64,000 bases of DNA, from positions 9,632,001-9,696,000 of the forward strand of contig CP068257.2 of NCBI GenBank assembly GCA_009914755.4, read 5' to 3'. The DNA comes from the human T2T-CHM13v2.0 reference genome, Homo sapiens. The position numbers and the translations under genes were made by a program. The notes under the pieces are model-generated. The model was not told the DNA's origin. It was given only the letters and a program-made list of their open reading frames with translations, and did not search any database. This document shows, piece by piece, positions 33,241-45,848 of this stretch. Positions within the stretch are counted from its first letter, which is position 1; each line of letters begins with the position of its first letter.

Positions 33241-33560
33241 TGTACTTTTCTGAATACTTTTGAGAAAGTTTGCTCTAAAGAAGAAAAAAAAGTAGTTCTA
33301 TATTTGTGAGACATGTAGACTGAGGAGAATGACTATTTTTCTAATGTGATATATAAAAGCACATTTATGTGACAATAGCAATAATAGAGAAGATAAAGTT
33401 ATGCAGAAGGGAGAAGATTTGACAATAGCAAGCATGAAAGTCCTGCAGGAGAAAAGTTTGGATGGGATACTGAATAAAATTGTAATATTACTTTTTGATG
33501 CATACGTTCACACCATTTTTTCACAATGCTTCCTAGATTGCTCTGTATTTCTTTCCCATC

Positions 33561-33745
33561 TATATATATATACGCATATATATATACACATATATATACA
33601 CACACATATATATACACACATATATACACACATATATACACACACATATATACACACACATATATACACACACATATATATACACATATATATACACATA
33701 TATATACACACATATATATACACATACACACATATATATACACAT
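33561..33745. repeat. compound (TA)n/(CA)n purine-pyrimidine alternating microsatellite (~185 bp)
   Basis: 'tatatatatatacgcatatatatatacacatatatatacacacacatatatatacacacatatatacacacatatatacacacacatatatac...'. Accounts for all overlapping ORFs in 33399-33801. Confidence 0.95.
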
Positions 33746-33864
33746 TTTGACTGAAAATGATTGACTAGGATGAAAGAAAATGAGAAAGAAAAACGGAACA
33801 AGGAATTCTCAATTATATAAATAGAATATTATAATTAGTAAACCATGAATAAAAGAAGGCATAT

Positions 33865-34225
<361 letters not shown>

Positions 34226-37200
34226 CTATCTACTTCTGGAATTTCCACCATAAGGGAATAATAATGACGTAGGGGTTCACTTAAAGGACAGAACTTGTAC
34301 TTGGTTACTTATGTACACAATCTCTGCCTTACTTGCTTTTGGTGGATCGTATTGTGTCATTTCAATGTGGCCATTATTGTCTTTTATGAACATATACAAT
34401 AAAGTAATATACCTTTACATAATGTCTACATCTCTACTGTAATTTAAACTTTAATGGCTCAAAAATGCTAAATTACAAAATAGAGAAAGATGTGTGTTAA
34501 ATGCAGATTAATATAATTTAAATAATATTATATATGATAAGGGTTTGTAAAACTTAACTATTAAGATGGATAGATGAGAAAGATAGAAACCTAGAATACA
34601 ATACTAGAAAATCTAGAAACATAGTAGAGATGAGTTCAATAATTCAATTCTATATAAGAGGTCATCAAACTACAAAGCACAGAGCTAATCAGGCCACTGA
34701 TGCATTTTGGTAAACAAAGTTTTATTAGAATAAAGTGACATCCTTTTATTTTACTTATTGTTTATGGATACTTATGCACTACGATGGCAAATACTGGTAC
34801 TTGTGACAGAGATCACATGGCACGTACATTCTAAAATACTTAATAGTTGGCCCTTCACGAAAGGTTTTGAGAGCTACTGCTCTAGGAAATCTCAGGTTCA
34901 ATGTCAGTTATGAATCAGCTTTGCTTAGCATAGCCATGTTTGAAATCCTTTCCAATGACAATAATTGTTACTGCCTCTAGACAGAAGAGTCCAATTATTT
35001 TAAGGTTTCATTATTAGGAATGGTTCATTTAATTAAGCCATAGTTGTTACTTCAAGTATAATTAATTAGTGAAGGTATATTGCTTTTATGGGATATAATT
35101 AATAGGAAAATAGGTTACTGCTCTGTGGCATAGTTAGAATTTAAATGCTGTGGCTTTATAGAATTTAAAGGTAGGGTCTGTTTATTATGAATTATGCCTC
35201 CCATCATCTAGCTCATGTGAGGTAGTTCTGGAATAGCACATTATTTATGTTTGCTGATAATTTATTTTAGATATAATGGTTGGTTAGGAAGGAGTTCATG
35301 GTGAAGAAGGTAGATGTCACAAAAACATGCCTGAAATGGTGATGGAGAAGACGAATCCGTGTATTTATTCATTTAATAAGTTATGTTGTCATTCAAGCAA
35401 ATAAAAATAGTCTTTACTCTGAACATTCATATAAAATATCTGTTGTATAATTAATCGTGTGCTTCTGAATAAAATAGATGAAAGCATAGTTTGCATTATA
35501 AGCATTAATTCATTAAAATTTACCCTGAACATTGTTATTTGGTTTTATTAGCAAGAAATATAGCACTTGGAATGGTTTTAGTAAACCATACATGTGAAGA
35601 ACTCTAGATCATAAAGAACCTAAAATACAGAATTTTCAGCATTATTATAATCTATTTAATTATACATTCAGGTTTATTTGTTACTGAAACTTAGTAACTT
35701 GATTTTGGGAGTTTTATATCGCTTCTGTGTCTTGTTTGTTTGCACAAGTTTGTTTATGGTGAAGTGCAAAGTATTTTAGTAAAAGGGATTTGAGCCACAG
35801 ATGACAAATAATTACAGGAACATATAAACTACACTTGGACTTTAAAGCAGGTTTAGATTATATTACTTTGGTTATTATTCTTTGTTTTCAAAAGGGAATG
35901 ATGGGTTATAGCTTTATGCCCAAATATTTAGGCAAAACACGACAAAAGAAGGGTGAAGAGACCTTTTATCGAATGGACAAAGTAGAAGGTAGCACTCATA
36001 AAATATACTGTTTTGTGTAATAAGTGAATGGAATCTTTACACAATTTTTTGCTAGGGTTAATTGTTTAGGAAACTTTTCTAATTGGCAACTACTTCATAG
36101 AAAAACTTGATCCAGACCTATATGTGGAACTTCCCTTTATATTAACTTGCTGAAATTATTAAAGTTAAAAGCTTGTTTTTCCAGGTTGATACTCTCAAGA
36201 CCTACAAAGACCAGCACATTGAAGCAATCAGTTGATTACCATCATGATGCCTGCGTATGTTTATTTCATGTCAGACACACCTGAGGTCTGTAATTGAATA
36301 CATAAAGAGTGCAACCATGGAAGAAACAAGGTTGGCTTGTGGTGCTCCTATGGCAGCATCAACACAACTTCAAGTGCACCATGAGCATGAGCACTGCCAA
36401 GAAAATATATTGGCTCTCAACTCTCAGAATACTGCCATGTCTAGAACTTTTGGCCTTGCCAACCACTGGGCAGTAAGAGACAGTAACAAATCACAGCAGA
36501 TACTGTTTCCTTAGAGCAATTAAATTACATCAGAAAAACTAAGCTGAGTGATAACAAAACAATTTCTAAATGTCAGGAGCCTATATCAATTCATTCATAA
36601 GTTGCTCATTTCACATGTCCTTGGTGTTGCTTATGATTCTACTCATGGGTCATTGTCACCTTTATACCAGGATCTAGAGGACAAAGCAGCCACTCCAGAA
36701 CATTGAAAGTTACTGTAGTCAAGGAAAAAAAGAATGTTGTGAGGCACGCTCTGAATTTTTGCCTCTAGAAGGAAACAGACACTTTAGTCTACTAACATTT
36801 CAATAAGCAAAAGGAAATCACATTCCATAACTGAATTAAACAGGGCAGTGAGCTATATCCTACCATGTGTGTGAAGAAGCCAAAAAATATGTAAGCAATC
36901 CTAATGTTTATCACCTTAAATTTATCCATGCATGCTACTGTGGTCACTTTCACTGTAAAAGCAGTCATTGCAGAATCATCACCAGTATCTCAGTATATTA
37001 GTCAGGGCAATTAATATTAGTTTCTGAACCAAACTGCAAATATCTGTGACTTAACACAATTTTTTTTCTTCTCATTCATATAATTCAGTAGAGGATTAAC
37101 TTTCTGAAATTCCTTAAACGTTTTCACAGAATCCTCTGCATTTAATATAAAGAGGAGTATGAGAAGCATTGCATGAGGTATCTTATAGCTCAGTCTAAAA

Positions 37201-38479
37201 GTGGGAAATATAACTTCTACCTACATTTCATTCACCAGTGAAATGGTCTCATCCTACCTGCAATTGAGGCTGAAAAATACAGCATTTTCTTGTGGTCCAA
37301 AGAAAGAAATAATGTTACCTCACCAATCTCTGTCAAGGTCAGTCCTTCTGATGCCAAAATACCTGCTTTAATCTTCCTCCCATTATAAAACACACTGACT
37401 TCTCTCAAAATGAAAAATGCAGAGTTCTTTCAAGGTCTGGCATCCAGCTCAAAATGTAGTATCTCTGGCCACTCATAATTCTCCCAGTGAAGTCCAGATA
37501 AGGTCCTCATTTCTCAGTAAAATCTAAACTTAAAAGAATAAATATGTGTCCTGTGTACAAATATGCAACGGTGAAGTGGGAACAAGGTGGCAGCAATAAA
37601 TACATCTCTATCACCACAGTCATTTGTTCTTGACTATTTGCAAATCATTTCAGGAAGACATGGTGAAACATCCTACACTGTGAGTGGCAGAACCCCATGT
37701 GCACTGCAATCTCATTTCCTACCCTCCAGAGGAGTATATAAACTTTTCCTACATAAATAATGGCCACATTTTTGTATCGATACATTGTAAGTTCTAAGAT
37801 GTGTGTGTTTTTTTTTAAGAGGAATTAAAATAGAAAAGCATATACCTAAAAGATGTTCCTCGGGATATATCTGCATATATTCTCTACTCTTGTCATTTTA
37901 AATAAAAATACAGTGGTCCCTTGATATCCTCAAGAGATTGGGTCCAGGACCCCAGAGGATACCAAAATCAGCACATATTCAAGTAATCCTGTGGAACCAG
38001 AGTATACAAAAAGTCAGTCCTCCATATCTGCGGGTTTTTCATCCTGTGGCTACTGTATTTTGATCCACATTTCAATGCAGATGCTGATTTTTTTAATTAA
38101 AAGAATCTCTATATAAGGGGATGCACACAGCTCAAGCTCATGTTGTTCAAGTGTCAACTGTACTAACTTTTTTATTTCTGTCCAATATAATTTAAATAAC
38201 ATAATTCTGTGAACTGCATGTCATTAATTACATATACTAAGAGGTGGCGTAACAATGTGTTTAAATTCCAAGAAATGGTGGCTAGCAAATTTAATTCTCA
38301 TCTCTGCTCTGCCACAGACAAGTTCTGAAGTCTTGAGCAAATCATGAGTATCTATCTCTAGCTTACTCATCTTAAGAAGGAGCCAGTAAGTAGCAATTAT
38401 CTTTCAGTGTTCTTATGAGAAGTAAATAACCTGTACACATCAATGCTCAGAACAGAGACTGCCATGTGGTATTATGTCC

Positions 38480-38972
38480 GGAGTTGGTTCCTGCCTGTGG
38501 GTTTGGTGGGTTCGTGGTCTCGCTGACTTCAAGAATGGAGTCATGGACCTTTCCCGTGTTACAGATCTTAAAGATCACGTGGACCCGACGAGTGAGCGGT
38601 AGCAAGGTTTATTGTGAAGAGCAAAAGGAGAAAGCTTCCACAGCATGGAAGGTGACACCAGCAGATTGCCGCTGCTGGCTGGGGTGGCCAGCTTTTATTC
38701 ACGTATTGGCCCCTCCCATGTTCTATTTTTGTCCTATCAGAGTGCCCTTTTTTTCAATCCTCCCTGCAATTGGCTACTTTTAGGATCCTGCTGATTGGTG
38801 CATTTTACAGAGCGCTGATTGGTGCATTTTACAGAGCGCTGATTGGTGCATTTCACAATCCTCTTGCTAGCTACAGAGCACTGATTGGTGCATTTTACAA
38901 TCCTCTTGCTAGACAAAAAAGTTCTCCAAGTCCCCACTCCACCTAGGAAGTCCAGCGGGCTTCACCTCTCAG
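38480..38972 (+). mobile_element. LTR12-family (HERV9 LTR) fragment, partial or internally deleted
   Basis: 'ggtgggttcgtggtctcgctgacttcaagaatggagtcatggacc...gtgagcggtagcaaggtttattgtgaagagcaaaaggagaaagcttccacagcatggaaggtgacaccagcagattgccgctgctggctgg...' followed by tandem 'gctgattggtgcattttacagagc' sub-repeats and '...aaagttctccaagtccccac...ggaagtccagcgggcttcacctctca'. Confidence 0.8.
38788..38910 (+). promoter_or_regulatory. tandem CCAAT-box (ATTGG, NF-Y-type) sub-repeats in the LTR12 U3
   Basis: Four copies of 'ctgattggtgcatttt(t/c)aca' at about 38788, 38814, 38838 and 38881. Confidence 0.6.
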
Positions 38973-41900
38973 TATGTTCTGAATAAATTGGGCTATTAAA
39001 TATGTGATATGAATTAATCAAGCAGAGAAAAAGTTACTAGTGACAGGGAAAAGGAGAAAATATGTATTCAATATTATTTTGTAAACAATTTATAAATATG
39101 CTGCACCTATGAGTTTCTTCTCAGTACCTTAGAAACTATAACACCATGGAAAATTTTGGATAGTTTAGGGAAGTGCATTATTTGGTAATGTGAAAAATAA
39201 GATGGTCGTGATAAAGCAACTTGGGAAAAAAGAAATGGCATGAATCTTGAGAACACGTACCTTCTGAGAATTTTCATGTTTAGAAAAGAGCAAGCTAAAA
39301 ATCTGGAAGCGTATTTGTTCACAGGCAATTTTCAATTGGTCTCAGGCATTTCTGTGCATCTTGCAAATAGGCACTAGCTTCACATTTATTACAGGTTTTC
39401 CTTTTTAAAGATCTTTATATAGTGGATAGCCCTGGAAGATCAAGATATTGTTTATTTATGGATGAGAGAACAGATTTGTTTATTTTCAAGTAAAACGAAG
39501 ATAGTGTTTCCTCCACAGAAAACATCAGACAGGTGTGCTTACTGCTCATTTATTAAAGATTTAAGTTTCCTTTACTTGGAGTTCTTCATCTATGACACAA
39601 ACTGTGTGTAGCATCAACTTGAACTCCTTGTCATCATCTCCAGTAAACTTGAGGGAAAACAGGAACCAGAGCAAAGATGAAGCTCGTGCAACTCTGTGCT
39701 GTGCTGCAAATAATGGAAGTCTTTCTGTCTCTGACCAAACAGTTATGTGTCTTCTGCCAGCATCCATAAAACTGAAGCAGGCTAACTTGTAAGCTCAGAT
39801 CCTTCACAGTTCTTGACAATAGTCCCTAAAACTGTCTGCAGATGCACATCCCTTGGAAAAATTTTGCATCCTTTTAAGAATAATTAATATCCTAGTTAAT
39901 GACAACTATATGACAGGATAGATCACTTTAAGCTTCTACCCAGATTACTATAACTTTTAGGTAAATAATGTATATGCCACTTTTTCTAAGGTTATCTAGC
40001 CATTTTCGATGTAGAAAACAATATTGCGTAAGATAAGCTGAGCATATTTTTCACTTCGTTTTTGTTTTGCAAAACAATTTTATTGGTTTTGTTAATGCCC
40101 CAATCATCAGTACTGCTTGGTATAAGAGCCGAGTTTGAAGAATTATCATGTTGCAAATGTATTTTGTTCAGTTATTTCAAATTAGTAGACAGAATTGAGA
40201 GGTGGAAAATTTTAGAAAAATCTTGGTTAATCATACTTGGAATTTGGTTATGTAATATCTCTTTCTCTTTTGGGGAATACAAAGGTTCATAAACTAGTGA
40301 TAATCTTCACTCTTGGAACCATTAGATGCTATCATGATGTTAGCATAGAAGATAAATTTATAAGTTGCAGTGAGGTAAGGAAATAAAACACGTAAGTCTT
40401 TGAAAACAACACTATGACAGTCCTTGCAGGCTAAAACTTAGACACCAAAGCATTTTTTGTTACTTTTGGAGAATAAAAGAAGTGTGCCCCTCAATGTCTT
40501 GTGGGAGAAAATATATAGTTTGATACACTTGTCAATATCTCTAACTCAAAAATGATGAGTATAAGGAGTGACCCTTATTGTAGTCTTATATTTCTCTCCA
40601 ACAATTAAGAGAGTTGGTGGGGATGTTTTTTCCATGAGTTCATCCCAGGCCCCAGGAGATTTTCATCTTGTATTCTCTTTATAATCCTATCTTAGTGTTT
40701 CATCCTCATGGCTAAGTTCAGCAATACTTCTGCATTCCAGACAGTAAAATGTGTAAGAAGAGATGTAAAAACAATCGGCTTTGCCTTTATGGAGATTAAC
40801 TTAAATTTATGCTCATAATATAATTCATATTATATTTGATCAAAATTAATCACTGATAAGAGACTATAGAAGGTAATCTCCTGCTTGTGGTCATATGTAC
40901 TTAGGATTCTATTACTAAACAAAATGAAAGAATGCATTATATGCACAATTAGTGGTCTCTAGTACAAAGAAATTACCAGGTCATTTCCAATTCTCAATAT
41001 TAAAAAAAAGTTTATTTCTTACTGCACTATCAAATTGGAAAGGTCAGTACAGGGGCATTCAATAATAGTAAAAATATGAATAACAATCATGTATAACAAC
41101 AGAATCATTTAAAAAGATGTATATTTAAAATGTGATTATTGCATTTTATTTCCCCTGGCAGAAAATAATAAACTGGAGAAAAATCACATTTGATTGATGT
41201 CTGTTACATGGATTTTTAAAATTTGTATCAATGAATGCTTTTTAAAGGTAAACTAATTGAGGCCTACCGAAGGTAAATAAATCTTTAGTTATTTTGGTAA
41301 ATATATTTTACAGTTTCATTCTTTTTCAACTTAAGTTAGATAATAGGTACTATATTCTCTCCTAATGTAAATGTTTACGAGCATTGAAACTCCATCTGGA
41401 GAAAATAGAAACACTTTTAATTTAAATGACATTTGAAGAAGGAAATGTATAAATGTATTCAAAACTGTAAGTGAAAATGGGAAGGTCCTATTAAAAAAAA
41501 AAGAAAGGACAAACACTTTCCAATGACCTTTCTATAATATTAGCAAATTTATTATGATCTGTTATGAAAGACTGTTTTGCCTTCCTTGTTTCTACTGTCT
41601 CAACTGCCTAAGTACTAATTCAATTGAAAAGTAACTTCAGGTATGGGTCCATTTTAATGTCCCTCTACAAGATCTGCAGTGCCATTAATTACAATCATAT
41701 AATCTTAGAGCCAAGGACCCTTAGAGATTATCTAATCCTATTCTATTAATGCATGATGAAATGGGCTTAGCAATCTGTCTAAGGTTACACAAATTCAAAA
41801 ACACATAGAAAGTTTTCATAATCAAATTAAATTAAAAGTATAAAACAATGTCACTAATTTATGTATAAGAAAATATTAAATATCATTTTATATGAAGTGA

Positions 41901-43074
41901 TTCTGATAATTTTAATGAGTTCATAACAATGCTTCTAAATATTTCAAAATTTTAGTTTATCATCCAAATATGATAATACTATACACTTTTATAAGTGAGT
42001 CTTCTACAGTGAAAATTACTAATTATAGGAAAGAGAAAATCATGGATAAATAGGGTTGTATCAAACTCTTAAAATGTACATGTGGAAATTTAAAAATATC
42101 CTCTTGCCAAGGGGATGTTGATGTCATTCCATAACAGGATTGACATGTGTAATTAAAACAAACAATAAAAATTAAGAATATATAAATAATATTTTAAATG
42201 CTTGAATTTGTTATTTATAATGAATATTGAAATTTATTTAGTGAGATAAAAGGTTAACAAATTCTTGAATATAATTATACTACTTTTATAATAAAATGCA
42301 TCCAAGCTGAAATCTCACTTCTGTTGTCAATTGCTTTGATGGTTCTAGACTCATTTCCCTATTTTTGGTGAGTCATAAGATGGATGACGCACATGCTCAA
42401 TAGCAGGTTATGTTCATGGCTAAGGTTTATCATAGCAAAAATTACAGAGCAAAACCAGTTCTATTCATATTTTTAATAAATAGTAAACTAATTATATCTT
42501 GTTATTCCTATGCTTTGTCTATCATACCTACACATAAATATAAGCACTGGTAAGTTCTGGTTCCAAACATAGCTTATATATGAATGCCATAATCATTCAA
42601 TATGCATACATTAGCCTTGAATTTTGAAGATTAAAAATTGTTTGTAAAACTATCTAGAAAAAATTTATTATGATTACAGCCACTATTAGGTTTCAAAAGG
42701 GTTCATCAGAAATCTCTGAGGTATATAATGGGGAAAGAATATTTTGACTACCACTTTAACAGGTCTGCTATTTAATAATATTAGTTTCTTTTTAATTGAT
42801 GTTTCATGGACATCCAGAATACTAGCTATAAAATCATATATGCTGCATAATGCAAGGAAAACAAAAGCACCTGTAAATATTACAGAAGACTATACATGTA
42901 TGTATATCATTGCCATAAAATACCTATATACATATATGTATATACACACATAATTGTTTTCACAACCATGATATTATTACTTACAAAAGCATGCAAATTT
43001 AGGGAGATGGCTAAATAAGTTATGGCTTTTTCATAAATTGTAAGCCTATTCATTATAAAATATTATTGAGGATC

Positions 43075-43640
43075 AACTTTCATTTGTTCCCCAACAAATT
43101 ATTGAGCATCTACTATGTATATTCTAGGCCCATTTCTAGGGACTGGGGAAAAAATAGTGAAAATAACATTCAGAATGTCTTGGCTTCACAGAGCTGTTGT
43201 TCCAGTGTTGGGAGAAAAACAGTAATTAATACCACAAAGTATCATGTGTTGTATGCCAGATGGTTTAAGTTCTATTCTAAAAAATGTGGCAAAGAAGGGG
43301 AATAGAGAGTTCTGGGCACAAGAGGTGCTGGATACTGAACAAGATGGTTGCTGAAAGCCTCACTGGGTGGTATCATCTGAATACAATGAGTGGTTATGAG
43401 AGAATGAGCCAAGAGCATAATTGAGAGAACATATTTTCAGGGAGCAGAAATAGCAAATGAGGCCTTGGTGTATGAACACACCCATGAGGTTCCACTAAGG
43501 ATGCCAATGTGATACAGCAGAGGAGATGAGGTCACACTCCATGGGGAGATGGTCACATAAAGCTTCTTAGAAAATGGTAAGAACTTTGTTTATTTAATTG
43601 GCAGCCATGAAGGGTTTTAAACAGAAAAGCAATCGCCTCT
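43075..43640 (+). mobile_element. ancient interspersed repeat, family not assigned (starts 'tattgagcatctactatgt...ctaggg.ctgggga')
   Basis: 5' end 'attattgagcatctactatgtatattctaggcccatttctagggactggggaaaaaatagtgaaaataacattc' matches the start of a very common mammalian repeat ('tattgagcacctactatgtgccaggcactgtgctaggcactgggga tacagcagtgaacaaaacagacaaa'); downstream is diverged. Confidence 0.4.
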
Positions 43641-45559
43641 TTAAAGAATTAGCAGTAACAGTTTGACTGATCTGTGAAAATAGACCACAGCATAGCAAAA
43701 GAGAAAACAGGGAAATTAGCGAGGAAAGTATCGTGTAAACTATTGCTGAAGCTGTTCTAAACTATAAACTATGTAAATTATAAATTGAAATTGTTCTATG
43801 CAAACAAGATATATTTGAACCCTGTATATTAGAGGCAAAAGTCCATGATATTGGCAATGTTTTGGCCTGAACTATGGGAGGAACAGAGTTGGAATTACTC
43901 ACCTGGGTTTAAATTTGGGAGGAGCAAATTTGGGAATAGAGGATAGGAAAGATCAATAGTTTTATTTTTAACAGGCTTAATTTTAAATAGACAATCATAT
44001 AATATATTTTAAATAAACTATTAATCATAAAATAATGTCAGGCTATATTTTAATACTCACCTATCAATTATAAATAAATAAAATGATAAGAAAATACATA
44101 AAAACCGCAATAGTTTTTGTAATTAGACAGTGGAGTTACTTGTGATTTTAATGATGTAGGAATTATTCAGTTTTTAAATAATAAATCTTTATTAATTTTA
44201 TAATTATCAAAGATGCTATAAAAAGAAATAATTTTTTTATTACTATGCTACTGATGTATTTCCATTGCATTGACTAACAAAATTAATACTAGAATTTTCA
44301 AAAGTATCCACAGTGGTTACTTTATTTGCACTGTTAATTCAGCTCTTTTTAAGTATGCCTTCTCGTTCCCTAATTGATATAATTCAGAGACTACACTTGG
44401 ACACAATTTAATGAATAAGCAAATTAGGTCCAGTTATTCCAATATGAAATTCCTTTTAATTATGGGCTACTTTTGGAGATGTAGAATAATTTGAATGTTT
44501 AATTTGGTGACTCAGTATGACCTACTTCACATTGTTTTATGAGTGGGTGAAAAATATAAGTGCTAGGAAATGTGTACCAGAAATAATTTGTCATCTAATT
44601 ACATTTCAGAACATTATACCTCCTCAAAGCCTTGTTTCGGCATATATCTCATTTTAAAAATCTATGTTGCATATATGTTTACTTCTTTAAAATTTTAAAA
44701 ATGTTTGTGGCATTCACATAAAATACAGAAGAGACTAGCAATAAGTGACATACATGTACTTCAGGACCTGAAAATTTATATATTTTTTTCTTTCCTTAAA
44801 AAGAATATATTCAAATACATCATGAGAAAAATGTATAGCTTTATAGTTAGGATAAACCTTTAATTCAAGTGCTGTTACTTGAATTAAGGATGCACAAGCC
44901 CCGGACTCTACTCCACAAACCCCACCCACTCTTCTCACCACATAAATACCTAGGGAGAGGGATCTGTCTGAAGGAACCTTTCCCACAACAGCCTTTATTC
45001 AAAATGACACACCTGCCACTTTCTTGATGCCTACTCTTGTACTCCAACTGCAGTGTGATTCATTACACACAGTTTGCTTGTATGTTATATGACAGTGATT
45101 ACATCAAGGATTTGGGTACTAGCTAACTGAACTGATATATTTGAAAGTACTTTATAAAACAGAAAGTGCTGAATAACCATTAAGTATACAGAATGATTTG
45201 GCAACAATCATATGTAGTACCATATTTTCTGAAATATCTATTTCTTAAAAAACAAGTTTCATTAAGTATATTATTTGCTGAATAATCTCTCAAAGGTCAT
45301 GTTTTCATATAGCTACTATTATTGCATTTTGAAATCAAACATTATTTTCTTTGCCATTTCAGAGAAGCCCTTGGTAATCCAGCCCGCAAGTGCAATTCAT
45401 GCGCATGGCTCTAAAGAGAAATGGGCAAACAAAAAGAAGATTAACTACACATTCAATAATCATTTATTTATTTTCTTAGAGATATCTACAGTAGCTCTCT
45501 CTTATCCTTATTTTAATAAATGCTGACGTACAGAATTAGTGAGATTTTTGGTAATAATA

Positions 45560-45848
45560 TTTTTTTTTTTGAGGCAGAGTCTTGCTCTGCCAACCAGGTT
45601 GAAGTGCAGTGGTGCAATCTCCACTCCCTGCAACCTCCACCTCCTGGGTTTAAGCGATTCTCCTGCCTCAGCCTCCTGAGTAGCTGACAGGTGCGCACCA
45701 CCACGCCCTGGCTAATTTTTTTGCATTTTTAGTAGAGATGGAGTTTCACCATGTTGGCCAGGCTGGTCTCACTCCTGACCTCAAGTGATCTGCCTGCCTC
45801 GGCCTCCCAGAGTGCTGGGATTACAGGCATGAGCCACCGCGCCCATCT
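45560..45848 (-). mobile_element. AluS (antisense)
   Basis: T11 then 'gaggcagagtcttgctctgccaaccaggttgaagtgcagtggtgcaatctccactccctgcaacctccacctcctgggtttaagcgattctcctgcctcagcctcctgagtagctg...ggcatgagccaccgcgccc'. Confidence 0.95.

Larger units (their letters stand above)
38285..39015 (+). mobile_element. MIR SINE split by an insertion (MIR parts ~38285-38479 and ~38973-39015)
   Basis: 'ctctgctctgccacagacaagttctgaagtcttgagcaaatcatgagtatctatctctagcttactcatcttaagaagg...cacatcaatgctcagaacagagactgccatgtggtattatgtcc' matches the MIR core. After the insert, 'tatgttctgaataaattgggctattaaatat' matches the MIR 3' end ('gctcaataaatgttagctattatt'). Confidence 0.6.

Noticed and set aside
33399-33801. Cluster of overlapping ORFs rich in YIYI/CVYM/HTHI on both strands
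   Set aside because: Translations of the (TA)n/(CA)n compound microsatellite.
36257-36514. 85-aa ORF (MFISCQTHLRSV...)
   Set aside because: No recognisable domain and no exon-like flanks; not supported as a gene.
38737-38937. 66-aa minus-strand ORF with repeated 'KRIVKCTNQRSV' motif
   Set aside because: Translation of the LTR12 tandem 'gctgattggtgcattttaca' sub-repeats; the periodic peptide is a repeat artefact.
39677-39769. 30-codon ORF MKLVQLCAVLQIMEVFLSLTKQLCVFCQHP with signal-peptide-like hydrophobic N-terminus, decent Kozak context, and a GTAAGC 20 bp downstream
   Set aside because: Too short and it terminates before the donor-like motif. There is no supporting downstream ORF, no codon-bias signal and no conservation evidence; such micro-ORFs are expected by chance in 64 kb.
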